64,000 bases of DNA from NCBI RefSeq assembly GCF_021869535.1, contig NW_026262582.1, forward strand, positions 51,460,001 to 51,524,000. Reading direction: 5' to 3'. This DNA comes from Mytilus californianus (lineage: Eukaryota). The notes beneath the pieces are model-generated. The model made no database searches. It worked only from the letters and a program-made list of their open reading frames with translations, and was not told the origin of the DNA. This document shows positions 12,601 to 25,935 of this stretch, piece after piece; position 1 is the stretch's first letter; each line of letters starts with the position of its first letter. The translations under genes were made by a program, and so were the position numbers.

Positions 12601-15163
12601 AGATCTGTCTTGTTACCAAAATGTAAATTTCCCTGATAGACACGAGAAAGGACTTTATCTCTTATTCATGAGATATTCATCCCTAGCACAATTACTTGAT
12701 CAGGCTTCTAAATGAGAAATCTTTAGCTATCAGGATACACAAAACAAATTCTTTGTTAGATGTGTCCTTGTTGAGGTCTTAGTTGATTAAAGACTGACAG
12801 AGAAATCTTGAGAAGCAATTCTTACTATAATATAAAATAGAACTTGACCTCTAGATGGCTTATATTTTTTTGGCTGTCTCAGTGCCATCATAAACCTGAT
12901 GTCCATGCATTCTCCTAATTCACATTAATTAGCAAATTTAACATCTATAACTGTGTTACATTTGTTAAAATACATTTGCTAAAAGAAACTTCGTAACTTC
13001 ACATTTGGTCAAGTACTTTGCAGTTAGTTAATTTACAATTTTTTCGAGACTTGATTCCATTAGTTGATAAGATTTTGGTCAGTTTTCGGTCTGATCATTA
13101 ATGTCAACAACTTTAACACTTAAACTTTTAAATAATTCTGGTTTTTCGTTTATCCATCATGCAATTTTTCAAAATGAAATTTATGCATTCATGCAAAATC
13201 AGCACATTCATGAACATTCTGAGGGAGTTTGCACTTATCTGTAAAAAGACACTTCCATAAAACAAATGGAAATGTCAATGAAACAAACAAACAAACAAAT
13301 ACCAAAAGATAGCTTAAGCCTAACCCCTGTCAATGTGGACTTTCCAACCATGGTTAAACCATGGTCAATCCTGGTCAACCATGGTCTAATGGAGAATGTT
13401 AACCATGGTTGCATTTTGACAGGGGAAGTCCAATCTGACTGATCTGTAAAAAGACAATGGCATATAAAAAAGAAGATGTGGTATGATCGCCAATGAGACA
13501 ACTCTCCACAAGAGACCACATGACACAGAAATTGACAGTATAGGTCACTGTACGGCCTTCAACAATGAGCAAACCCCATACTGCATAGTCAGCTATAAAA
13601 CTGGCCCCGAAAACAACAAAAAGACATTAAGTACAGATCTGAGAATACATGCTAAGTTTGCATCAAAATATAATCAAAAAAAATCACTACAATCTAATTT
13701 GTGAATTCCAGGTCACCCATGGGATCAGAGAAAACTGACCTTTTAAGAAAAGTGACCTTTGAATTGAGGATCAAAAGATAATGGTTTTAAAAATGGACAG
13801 AAAGAAGTGACCTTAAAAATTTTGACTGTATTTACAATAAAGTTCATACAAAATTTTCACATTCTCATGGAACCAAAAAAATTATGGTTTTTCCTCGAAA
13901 ACTTGCAAATAATGAGTTTTTAAAAGCATCATTCAGAATCAGATGACAGAAACCATGATGTATCCACGTCAACTAACCATCAATTTTTTGCGTCAAATCA
14001 GCTGTGAATTCTGTAAGCTTGATACTTTACGGTTGATTTGCCCAGACAATATCAGATCAAAAAGCTTCAGCTTTGTGTATAACTGAGAATAGAGCATAAT
14101 CTTTTATGTTATTATTGTCTGTCAGCATGGGACATTCTCGTTCATTGAGAATTGTTCTGTTCGACTATTTTAGTCTAGAATTCCAGGAATAAAATAGTCA
14201 CATCAATGGAATATTTTTGTTTCCCCCTGTTGATTTTTTTCTGAACAGGTTTGAATTCATTAGATCAGGCAAAAGTAGGTTACATATATGTTTTATTTTT
14301 ATCCAATCACATTGTGATACTTTTTAATGTCAATATTATTCGCGCAACATAACACTAAATTTGTTGTTTTCAATATTTTTCATCTTCAACATTAATTTAT
14401 AACTGACTGATATTTTACACTCAGGTACAAATTTATTTATTATACTTCATGTCAAAATGCCAGATTTTGATTGGTTAATACGAGGGAGACAATTTACTCT
14501 ATCCTATGGTAAATACTCTGTTACCCTTCACAGAGATGCTTGATCAAGTGTGCGCTTTATTAAAAACAGATAGTTGTTATGTACAAGACGTCATAGTTTA
14601 TTACTTTGAATTTGAAATTTAATAGACAGTAATAACAGAACATTCAGTATAATAAATTAAATAACACCTTGGCTTTGCTTCAGTTGACAATGTTTTATCT
14701 GGGTAACAATCTGCTCTATCACCCTCTCAGCTATGTGTTATTTATATAATATCTCTCATAATACTCATTCAATGAAGGGAATAACAATTATAGTGAACCA
14801 CAATATTCTCCTGCTTTCACAATGTTAAGCTGTCAACCAGACAGTGTTTTGCACCCTTTCCTATAGAGGCCTTTTTAGATTATGCAGCATAAACATCAGG
14901 ATTCTTTTAATGAAAGTCCTTTGAGAATATGAAAAGAAAAGATATGGGAAGTAGATGAATCTGAGATGAAAATATTAGAAAAAAAAACAATATTTGAAAG
15001 GAAATGTTCTTATAAATACTGTTTTTTCTTTTAATCTTGCAATGAATATATAACCTTACAGCAAGGTCAAAAAGGTTTTTTCTGATACATGTACTAGTAA
15101 CTTATCTGATAGTCTGTGTTTTTTTTCACAAACAATCTAACCATAAAAAGTTATTGGAATTAT

Positions 15164-15420
15164 AGATTATCGTTGGTTATCTCAACGAGATTGATTTTCT
15201 CGCTTGAGCCGGTATGGCGAAAGCGAGAAAAGCAATCGAGTTGAGATGACCAATGATAATCTGTTTATCGCTATTTTACCTATGAAGACGTTGTTAATTT
15301 CCTTGACAACGGCACGTTTTCCCTTAGTTTCTAGCGATAATTTTCATATCACTCGACTCCGCTGAGAAAGGAAATTATCAGTCAACAAGATCAAAGGAAA
15401 AATTCGTAAAATAGCGATAA
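15164..15420. mobile_element. Helentron-like element with long terminal hairpin and 15-bp inverted repeats
   Basis: 42-bp stem 15164-15262; perfect IR ttatcgctattttac (15265-15279) / gtaaaatagcgataa (15406-15420); CpG-rich. Confidence 0.6.
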
Positions 15421-15740
15421 TTTAAGTTATACTGAAATGTTCATGACTTATAAGTAAGTTTTAATTCTCATAAGGATTTTTGTGTGAGTCTTAAAGACTT
15501 GCTGAATCTCTGAGATAAGATGGCTTCTAAAGATGTCATCAGTAGAGCAGGGACTGCAATCCCTTCTAGAGAACTTGAGTACACCCCCGGCAGCGGCAGA
15601 ACTGGTGGGGATGTTCCAGGGGTTGTAACCCCCCTTTTTATATGACTAGCATGTGTTGGAAGTTCCCCCTTTTAAAAATGGCTGGATCCGCGCCTGCCCA
15701 GGTTTTTTGTTGGGTTCGTGTTGGAACAATCTTCTGTTTC

Positions 15741-15970
15741 CTGTTTCTGTGTAGAATTGTTTTGACTGTTGTTTGTTTCTGTGTAGAATTGTTTTGACTG
15801 TTTTCTGTTTCTGTGTAGAATTGTTTTGACTGTTTTCTGTTTCTGTGTAGAATTGTTTTGACTGTTTTCTGTTTCTGTGTAGAATTGTTTTGACTGTTTT
15901 CTGTTTCTGTGTAGAATTGTTTTGACTGTTGTTTGTTTCTGTATAGAATTGTTTTGACTGTTGTTTGTTT
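15741..15970. repeat. 32-bp minisatellite, 7 copies
   Basis: tttctgtgtagaattgttttgactgttttctg; gtagaa at 15751, 15783, ... 15943. Confidence 0.95.
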
Positions 15971-17587
15971 ATTATTTTCCTATTAGTTTACAGATGATTT
16001 TTATTGTCCCTTTCTACGTCTTCTACTGTTTCCCCATTTTCTGCCTTTCCCCTTCCAAATTTTTCCCCAGTTATTAATCCTCGTACCGGTAACATTTTTG
16101 CCCTTACTTTTTGTCAATCTTGTTCAAAAACTCTGTATACGATATTGTTAATTAATCTTCTATCAAAATATATCTTTTACAATACATATGTACTTATTTC
16201 ACCTAAAAAAAATCAGTATATGACATTTGTTAATTCATTTTCTTCTACCAAAATTATCTTTTTGAGGACATGTACTCTTCACCTCAAAAAAACAGCTTAT
16301 TCTTTTTCAGTTAACCTTTCCATTTAAGGTAATCCAGTATTATTTGAAAATCAGAAACAAAGATGAGAATTTTATTGCTAACAGAAACCTCCTTTTCTTT
16401 GAAGTTTTCCAATAAGATTCAATTTAATTGCAAAAAAATATGAAATGAAATGAAATGAACATTAATAACAAAATCAATAAACAAGTTTCTTATTTCAATT
16501 CGTTCACTAGAATACTCATAAAATGTAGATGTAGATCACGTCAGGTCACATCAGGTTAAAAATTTTAACATGATATTCAATTTCAACATTTAACTGCTTT
16601 TTAAGACTTAATTATATACATAATTTTACCATGAACTTCTTTCAAGTAGTCAGCACTTTTGTGCTGAATACTCTCATTTTCTCTAAATAATTAACTGTCT
16701 ATAAAATGTTGAATTATCCGTAACACCAAGGCTTTTCTATCCCACAGGCCTAGATTTCATAAGGCATATTTTGCACAGCTTTTTATTTATTTTTTTTTTA
16801 ATTAACTTCATATTTGATTTGGTCATCCAACTCAACAGTTTTGTTTTGTGCACCACTGTGACATGGAAAGATTAGGATCTTTCTCGTAAATATGTTCTCA
16901 AACTCTGACCTAAAAGTTAGACTCTTAAATAACAGTTCTTGGAACTTGATTGCCCCTCATACCTGACAAAACATCAGTTCTCAGGGGGAGACGCACTCTT
17001 TTACCTTTAAAATTTTGAAATCTCCCCCCCCTCCTTCCCCTTTAGGGAAGGGAGATCCAATCTTCAAAATCTCCCTCTTTGACAATAAATCACCCTATTT
17101 TCACTCCTTTCATCATAGTATTTTCTGTGATTGGTTTTCACTGTATTCAAACAAAATGGTCATTCGTTTGCATAGAAAAATGACATCCAAGCTTCATTAT
17201 AAGGTTGCCAAGAATGGTGTTTTAACTGTATTAAAAACTCCACACATATTAATCAAGTTTTATCTGTTTGTGGTAAGATATTAAAAAAAAATACCAGTAT
17301 CTTAATACAAAATTTAAAATGAAAAAAGGTTGCAACACATAAACTCCTCCCCCCTTAGTGATGGTGGAGAGAGGGAGATCAATGACTTTGTAGCTCCAAA
17401 AGGTTCCCCAGGTAAGGTATGTTACCATATATTATAAAGAACCTGGATAATTTATCAAAATTTTAAAATGATTGAAGATCTTGGAATACAATTTAACTTT
17501 ATGAACTAGAATTTAAATACCTTAAAATTCCCTTTTATTTCATACCAGAATATAATATCAAGGAAACAGCAAGACCACCTAAGTATA

Positions 17588-18060
17588 TAGGTGTCAGACC
17601 ACCAATTCACTCCCTCCAATTTAGAACGTATGTAAAAGTAGCCCTACTCTGACACAAAATAGTGCTTTTGATGTCCTTGTTTACTTAAACTAACCTACAA
17701 ATTTGCAGAAATGAAACTTTTGGTGAAAGAAAAATATATTTAGACCATTTTGAGCCAAAATTTACTGTCTATGAGTTTGCATTAAAAATTCAGGATTAAT
17801 GCGCTCCATAGTATACTAATTTAAGATTTCCAGAAAACCAGGGGTTATTTTTGGTAGTACCTGTGTTCCAAAGGTCAGATTTTTCTTATAAGACTTTAAA
17901 GGTAGGTTGAAAATTGGCATGTAGAAAGGTGATACATGTACAATTCAGGATATACCTGGTTTCTATGAAGTTAAGCTTAAGGTAAAATATTTAGAAAGCT
18001 GTGAAAATTGCAAAATTTGGTTGAACAGATAGGGATTTTTAATTGGTGGTCTGACACCTA
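17588..18060. mobile_element. MITE, Tc1/mariner-like
   Basis: Perfect 20-bp TIR taggtgtcagaccaccaatt; TA flanking both ends. Confidence 0.8.
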
Positions 18061-18706
18061 TAGGTAACAGAAAACCACACAACTTCAACAGATGTCTAAT
18101 CCAGCTGAGTTTTTATGAGAAAGTGACCATCATTTACCGGTAAGTACCTCTAGGGGCAATTACAGAAAGGTTAGGACATTGGGCAATAATAAAACAGTAC
18201 CATTTGATATGGTCAACCTTGTACAAAAAGGTAACCCTAAGACCAGAGAAAACTGACCTTCTGAGAGACATGACTTTTGAATTGATGTTCAAAATGCATT
18301 TGATAATTCTACAGAATGAATAGGATGGCCTGACAAGTCAGGTTTTTTCACTTCATACAGTTGACCTTTTTATCAGGATTGACCATATATGCAAATTTCC
18401 TCAGGATTAAGGTTAATATAGAACTGAGTCAATTTATCAGACATTCAAATTTCCCTAGTTGTTAACCTTCTTTAACCTAGCTGTATAATAGTAATTAAAA
18501 GAAGATTTGTATTACAGAATAGATGTCTCTTCTGAAAGAAAATTTATGCCTTTTAATGCAGTTTATGTAAATAGCTGATTGCAGGCCATGAACACATACA
18601 TATCCCTGTCTACCTTAGAACAGAGTCAATTAATCAGATATTCAAATTTCTATGTTTGATAACCTAATTTAACAACATAGAGTAAATTTTTATAGTTATT
18701 TGAAGA

Positions 18707-20471
18707 TTTTAATTTTTGATTTTTGGTGTTTTAACGCCACTTTTAAGCACCGCTTTTGGGCTATTTCGTGGCGGCCAGTTTTTATTGGTGGAGGAAGCCG
18801 AGTGCCCGGAGAAAACCACAGACCTTCGATAGGACAAGAGTGCACACGCTGAAATGTCTCGCCTACTAAACTGGCCATTGATTTTATGTTGATAGTCCTA
18901 CATATAAAGTTTTACTACAAGTATCACATTAACATTTATGATCCAAGAAAATGAGGTCAAGGTCAGATAAACCAAGCCGGAAATACATGTACACCTTTAA
19001 TACAATCCCTCCATACACAGAATATAGATGACCTATTGCTTATAGTATAAAAGAAACAGACCAAACCATGGAAATTCTATATTGACCAATGAACCATGAA
19101 AATGAAGTCAAGGTCATTTGAACCCTGCCAGACAGACATGTTGACATTAAAATCATTCCAAATATAGTTGACCTATTGCTTAAGGTATCTAAGAAAAAAA
19201 GTTAACCAGGAAAACTGAACATTGACCAAACAACCATGAAAATGAGGTGAAGGTCAGATGATACCTGCCAGACAGACATATACACCTTACAATCATTCCA
19301 TACACCAAATATAGTTGACCTATTGCTTAAAGTGTAAGAAAAACAGACCAAAACACAAAAACTTAACATAAGCAATGAACCATGAAAATGAGGTCAAGGT
19401 CAAATAAAACCTGCCAGACTGACATGTACATCATTAAATATTTCCATACACCAAATATAGTTGACCTACTGCATACAGTATTAGGAAAACAGACCAAAAC
19501 ACAAAAACTTAACATTTAGCAATGAACCTTGAAAATGAGGTCAAGGTCAAATAAAACATGCCAGACTGACATGTACATCGTAAAATATTTCCATACACCA
19601 AATAAAGTTGACCTACTGCATACAGTATTAGAAAAAACAGACCAAAATACAAAAACTTAACATTGAGCAATGAACCGTGAAAATGAGGTCAAGGTCAAAT
19701 AAAACTTGCCAGACCGACATGAAGATCGTAAAATATTTCCATACACCAAATACAGTTGACCTATTGCATACAGTATTAGAAAAACAGACCAAAACACAAA
19801 AACTAAACTATGACCACTGAACCATGAAAATGAGGTCAAGGTCAGATGACACCTGCCAGTTGGACATGTACACCTTACTATCATTACATACATACACCAA
19901 ATATAGTAGACCTATTGCTTATAGTATCTCAGATATGGACTTGACCACGAAAACTTAACCTTGTTCACTGATCCATGAAATGAGGTCGAGGTCAAGTGAA
20001 AACTGTCTGACGGGCATGAGGACCTTGCAAGGTACGCACATACCAAATATAGTTATCCTATTACTTATAATTAGAGAGAATTTAACATTCCAAAAAATCT
20101 GAACTTTTTTTTCAAGTAGTCACTGAACCATGAAAATGAGGTCAAGGACATTGGACATGTGACTGACAGAAACTTCGTAACATGAGGCATCTATATACAA
20201 AGTATGAAGCATCCAGGTCTTCCACCTTCTAAAATATAAAGTTTTTAAGAAGTTAGCTAACGCCGCCCCCGCCGCCGCCGCCGGATCGATCATTATCCCT
20301 ATTTCGAGCTTTCTGCGACAAAAGTCGCAGGCTCGACAAAAACTGACAATCCTAGTCAATTAAGATTGGTCGAGTGCACCCGCACGAGCGGGGTTCGAAC
20401 ACACAACCTCAGTGTTGACTGGCTAGTGATTACAGTAGTAGCTACTTAAACCACTCGGCCACCGAGGCCCC
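18707..20471 (-). mobile_element. Second copy of the same SINE, split by the element at 18834-20337
   Basis: Halves 18707-18833 and 20338-20471 rejoin to match 21110-21353; 12-bp TSD gttatttgaaga / gtcatttgaaga. Confidence 0.9.
18834..20337. mobile_element. Helentron-like non-autonomous element, family A, with 9 internal ~147-bp units
   Basis: Terminus ACAAGAGTGCACACGCTGAAATGTCTCGCC; other end (GCC)n then hairpin tcgagc..ctgcgacaaaagtcgcag..gctcga; A-run target, no long TSD. Confidence 0.75.
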
Positions 20472-20503
20472 GTCATTTGAAGAAGATTTTTGATTATAGA
20501 ATA

Positions 20504-20936
20504 ATCTATCTAGAGGGGACCTTGGTGGCTGAGTGGTCTAATCTATCTAGAGGGGACCTTGGTGCCTGAGTGGTCTAATCTATCTAGAGGGGACCTTGGT
20601 GGCAGAGTGGTCTAACAAGTTCATCTACTGTAATCACTAGCCTGTCAACATTGAGGTTGTGAGTTTGAACCCCACACGTGGCAGGTGTGTCGATGACTCC
20701 AATCTTTATTGACTAGGATTATCATTATCAATTTTCCTGCCAAAGGTGGGTTAAGGTATTCTCTGGGCACCCAGTGGCTTCCTCCACCAATAAAAACTGA
20801 CAACCACACACGTGGCAGGTGTGTATGACTCCAATCTTTATTGGTTGGGATTATCATTATAAATTTTCCTGCCAGAGGTCATTTAAGGTTTTCTCTGGGT
20901 ACTCTGTCTTTCTCCACCAATAAAAACTGACTGCCA
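20504..20936 (+). mobile_element. Related older SINE with triplicated 37-bp head and duplicated body
   Basis: atctatctagaggggaccttggtggctgagtggtcta x3 (20504, 20541, 20578), B-box-like gtttgaaccc, core ...cttcctccaccaataaaaactga present twice. Confidence 0.8.
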
Positions 20937-21083
20937 CTATGAAGAGATCTGAACATATCACCATATCTACCTTCATCATTTTCAGACACAAGCTCTTTAA
21001 CAAAAATTTTAAAATACACAAAAAATTAAGTGCGAATTTTTAAAGAGGATGTTGTTTGAATTTTGTTCTTATGAATAATTTGA

Positions 21084-21353
21084 TTTTTTTTTTTTTTTTT
21101 TTTTTTTTTGTGTTTTAACGCCACTTTTAAGCCCCGCTTTTGGGCTATTTTCGTGGCGGCCAGTTTTATTGGTGGAGGAAGCCGGAGTGCCCGGAGAAAA
21201 CCACCGACCATCGATAGGAAAACTGACAATCCTAGTCAATTAAGATTGGAGTCAAGTGCACCCGCACGAGCGGGGTTCGAACTCACAACCTCAGTGTTGA
21301 CTGGCTAGTGATTACAGTAGTAACTACTAAGACCACTCGGCCACCGAGGCCCC
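21084..21353 (-). mobile_element. Intact tRNA-derived SINE with V-domain-like core and poly(A) tail
   Basis: A box TGGCCGAGTGG, B box GAGTTCGAACC, core GGTTTTCTCCGGGCACTCCGGCTTCCTCCACC, 26-nt A tail, perfect 12-bp TSD tgaataatttga (21072-21083 / 21354-21365). Confidence 0.9.
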
Positions 21354-24240
21354 TGAATAATTTGAAAAGCATTATGGAAAAGACCTGTCATGTTACTTCT
21401 CTTCTAATTCTAAGTTCAACTTCTGAACTCTAAAATTTAAGAATACAGGAATTCTTTGAATATATTACTGCATTTTCTATGATCTCAAGAAAGAAATCCA
21501 AATAATTGGACATATCCACTATTTTCTAACTACATGTACAAGTAATGTATAATATATAATGTATTATTAGAACTAAAGAAGTTATGGATTAATGCCCCGG
21601 CCATTGGGACTGAAGAAAAGTTATTACAATAGAAGGGGGAGTAACTCTAGCAGCTTAGAGCTATTGTTTACATTTATTCAATATCTACACGTTTGAATAT
21701 CAATAAATATCAATATTCAGCGAACATAAATACACATTATTATGATATTAATCTGCTTTTATGTTGTGTAATGTACTGTTATCACAAAATCCAACCAGTA
21801 TTTTAAAGTCAGATCTGTAATCAAGTCAGTTAAGTTAACAAGACTTTTATGATGGCCCTATAAAAAATAATATAAATAGGTGCAAAACCTCATTATTGAA
21901 CATAAGTATTACACTTGTGTGGCCCATTAAACTTAAAACTTTCAAATAAATGCTATCTCTTAAACACAAATCATTTCTATCTCCAATATTTTAAATGATT
22001 TTTGAAACACTTTATCATTATTAATTGGCACAAAAGCTCTCCAAAACCGGTCTTGTCAAGATATTCTGCAACTGATTAGTTAATAAAATAAGGAGGGTAG
22101 AAAAATCCAAAGAATCAAATACCTATGTATATTAATTAAGACAAAAACCAATGCAAGATGTTTAACTTAGCAAGCAGAAAGTATTGTTAAAAAATTAAAC
22201 AGAGTTATCCCCCATTGTACACTGAACCAACAAAATCCCATATACTATTAAATGGTTATGTGTTATTTTTGGCCATATTGACATCATTCATGTAAAATTT
22301 ATTTTCAAACAGATGATAATATGGATATCTTGGACATAGCTATATCATGTTATAAAGAGACTATGACTTAATTTAAGGACTGTTTCAAAATAAACAACCG
22401 TTCAAGGTCTTTAAAGACACCCCTCGTGGTCGTCGTTTCAAAATTAAACACCAAGGATATCATGCATAATGTGGTGCAACCTTTTTTTTTTGGTGAATAT
22501 AAAAACAACAATGAAAGTTACCATATTGATGAACTTTAGTGATTTTGCCATGAAAAATTAAAAAAATCTTTGAGCTCCTTAGATAAAATAGGTGACAATA
22601 CAAACTTACTTTGCAGACTTATGAATTAAGACCAAATGAAACTAATATAATCAATCCTTGGTCTTTCTTTTTTCAAAATTGAAACAATAAAGTGTCTTCT
22701 GACAAGCTTATGATGGAGAAATGCAATGTGGAACTTATCAACTTCAAAGAGATCCAAACTATAGAGTCTACCTCAAAAAATAGTCAGGTCACCATTTATG
22801 CGTAGTCGAGTATTGAATAATGCAAATAACGTCGAATACAACTTTAATAAATACTTAGAAATGAAAAGTGCCCAAATTAATGAAGTTCTGTAAATGCAGA
22901 AATTTGTGCTTCCATTTATTATTGCTTTTGTTAAACAAAGGCCAAAAAATGTCAGAGTGATTATTATGATTTCAGGAAATCTTGTAATCACAAACACTAT
23001 GAAGACTTATTGGCTTCGTCATATTACATAAATATTTATCCCCATTTTCCCCCTATACTTTATAATAAAGATTTTAATGGTTTAATAAGCTTTGCTAAAT
23101 TCAATAAAGTTATACAATATTAAAACAGCTATCCACATAATCAATTCAGTATTATATCTTTAAATCAGCAATCTATTTTGGTCATGCCTTACTCTACTTA
23201 ACATTTATTTTTATTTAAAAAAAATATCGTATTTATTATAATATCAGTAGATATTTATCAAACTAAACCCAGAGCAAGGAAATTTGTAAATGGTTTTCTT
23301 GTAAGTTAGACATTAGTATTTTGTTAGTCCTTTTTTCTGGTGTTTTTAGGTCTTTGTACTTAATCTGTAACTTTATTCCCATTATTCAACTCTTGGACCA
23401 ATTTGGAGTTTGACATATGACATATTTTTTACTTTTCTATGTTGATTGTTTACTGTCTTAATGATGACAATTGTGTACCCTACATTTCCTTTCATTTGCA
23501 TGTATATTAACCAGAAATGAGCCCTTGTCCAAATTTTCATCAGCTTTCATTTTCAATAATTTTCAATTATAACCAAATCAAAAGATAGATATATAATTCA
23601 AGTTTTATTTTATAGACTATTTTTTTATAGACCGTTTTCTATTGTTTCAAGGTTCAAATCATTGGATTTTCACCTGAACTTGAATGGTCTTGTAAACACA
23701 AACACCATTTTCCTGGCAAGACTATAGTAAAAACTAATCTTGTGCAGCAATTAAAGACTAATTCTCGCTTTGTCAACTTGGCTTATATTATGATAAATAT
23801 GGTATATATATAAACAATTTTATTGATATTAAATTATGCCGCATCTAGCTTACATACAGTTGCACTAATATTGCTCCTTCTGTCATTAAAATTCATTTTC
23901 ACTTAAAAATATTGAAAAATATTTAAACAAAATTGCCATCTTTTATATTCAATATGATCTATTATGCTCAGATATCATATCATAACTAAAATGGGGAACA
24001 CATCCTGTAAAATTTAATCTATTAGGTATTTATATATAGATTGTCATGGCTTATATTCTTTTTTCATTGCTTTATTCTCTTTCATTTAAATCTAAACTCA
24101 ATATTTGAAACATTAGCCACAGATTGTGTATAATATTGGGCATAAAATTTTGTTAAATTGCAGGTCAATTATACTGAAAAATTCTATAGGATCTAAAAAT
24201 ACTTATTCAATTTTAAAGAATCAGTATGAAGAATAAATGC

Positions 24241-24660
24241 AAATACATGGAGAATGTGTCTATGAGCCATAGATGCCACGCTTTAAGATATGCAGGAGTC
24301 AACTTGCACATACAGATGCAGGATTCACGTTATTAAGACTGTTTTTGTGATTATAAGCATTGTGTAGAAGTTTCATAACATTTGGTTGAGGCAAACTAAA
24401 GTTACAGAACTGAAATAAAATAATCAGCAATTTTTATGTTTATAAAGGGACATAACTCATGAACGGTAAAAGTGACACCACCCAATTTCGAACTTGATCT
24501 GTGTTTTTTGGTAATAAGCATTGTGTATAAGTTTTATAACATTTGGTTGTGGCAAACTAAAGTTAGAGAACAGAAACCAATTTTGGGCGTTCAGGACATT
24601 CAGGACGGATGGACAAAGGTAACACTTAATGCCCCTGATGCAGAGCGGCGGGGGCATAAA
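24241..24660. mobile_element. Helentron-like non-autonomous element, family C
   Basis: Internal repeats, ggacggatggac microsatellite, terminal hairpin atgcccc...ggggcat plus A run; similar to 46915-47322. Confidence 0.65.
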
Positions 24661-24990
24661 AAGATGAAAACAAAGCTGTAAAAAAAACCAATAAACCAAA
24701 AGCAAAAACATAAAAAAAATAATTCAAGCCAATGATATATCAAACAGAAAGACCTTAACAATCACAGGACTACAACTTTCTAATTAGGGATCGCAAATAG
24801 TCATGAATCACTCTGGGCTTGCTGTCTGTCCCAGTTACCTTAAAAAAGTGATTTATAATGAAAAGTAAGCATTAAGTTTATGTATAGTGATTTTTCTGCT
24901 TGATTCAATACTAAAGAGAAAAGAAAACTACCTGAAATGAAAGATGAGTATAATGAGAAGAATCAGTCAGAAAACAATATAATGCTAAAA

Positions 24991-25935
24991 GGTGTTGCTG
25001 GAGAAATGAGAGGGAAAGTATGGGTTATGGTACCAGTTAGAGAGGTGTTGCTGGAGAAATGTGAGGGAAAGTATAGGTTCTGGTACCAGTTAGAGAGGTG
25101 TTGCTGGAGAAATGAGAGGGAACGTATAGGTTCTGGTACCAGTTAGAGAGGTGTTGCTGGAGAAATGAGAGGGATAGTATAGGTTCTGGTAACAGTTAGA
25201 GAGGTGTTTCTGGAAAAATGGGAGGGAAAGTATGGGTTCTGGTACCTGTTAGTGAGATGTTGCTGGAGAAATGAGAGGGAAAGTATGACTTTTGGTACCA
25301 TTGAGAGAGGTGTTGCTGGAGAAATGAGAGGGAAAGTATGGGTTCTGGTAACAGTTAGAGGTGTTGCTGGAGAAATGAGAGGGAAAGTATGACTTTTGGT
25401 ACCATTGAGAGAGGTGTTGCTGGAGAAATGAGAGGGAAAGTATGGGTTCTGGTAACAGTTAGAGGTGTTGCTGGAGAAATGAGAGGGAAAGTATGACTTT
25501 TGGTACCATTGAGAGAGGTGTTGCTGGAGAAATGAGAGGGAAAGTATGGGTTCTGGTACCAGTTAGAGGTGTTGCTGGAGAAATGAGAGGGAAAGTATGG
25601 GTTGTGGTACCAGTTAGAGAGGTGTTGCTGGAGAAATGAGAGGGAAAGTATGACTTTTGGTACCATTGAGAATGGTGTTGCTGGAGAAATGAGAGGGAAA
25701 GTATGGGTTCTGGTAACAGTTAGAGGTGTTGCTGGAGAAATGAGAGGGAAAGTATGACTTTTGGTACCATTTAGAGAGGTGTTGCTGGAGAAATGAGAGG
25801 GAAAGTATGACTTTTGGTACCATTTAGAGAGGTGTTGCTGGAGAAATGAGAGGGAAAGTATGACTTCTGGTACCATTTAGAGAGGTGTTGCTGGAGAAAT
25901 GAGAGGGAAATGACTTCTGGTACCAGTTAGAGAGA
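24991..25935. repeat. 51/53-bp minisatellite, 18 units
   Basis: ggtgttgctggagaaatgagagggaaagtatg + variant tail; unit starts counted from 24991 to 25884. Confidence 0.95.

Noticed and set aside
13324-13425. 102-bp element with 10-bp TIR and four aaccatggt palindromes
   Set aside because: TIR seen but no TSD and only one copy here, so it could not be classified.
17359-17416. + strand exon-like segment DGGEREINDFVAPKGSPG
   Set aside because: Good splice sites, but I could not link it in phase to other + strand candidates (11583, 12561, 14249, 37993); insufficient support.
17950-17982. Apparent + exon DIPGFYEVKLK with ag/gt ends
   Set aside because: It lies inside the TA-flanked MITE 17588-18060.
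20338-21353. tRNA genes
   Set aside because: A/B boxes are present but belong to SINE heads with V-like core, tail and TSD; no cloverleaf could be completed.
25355-25876. 173-aa ORF and neighbouring ORFs
   Set aside because: They come from the 51/53-bp minisatellite; unit lengths shift the frame.
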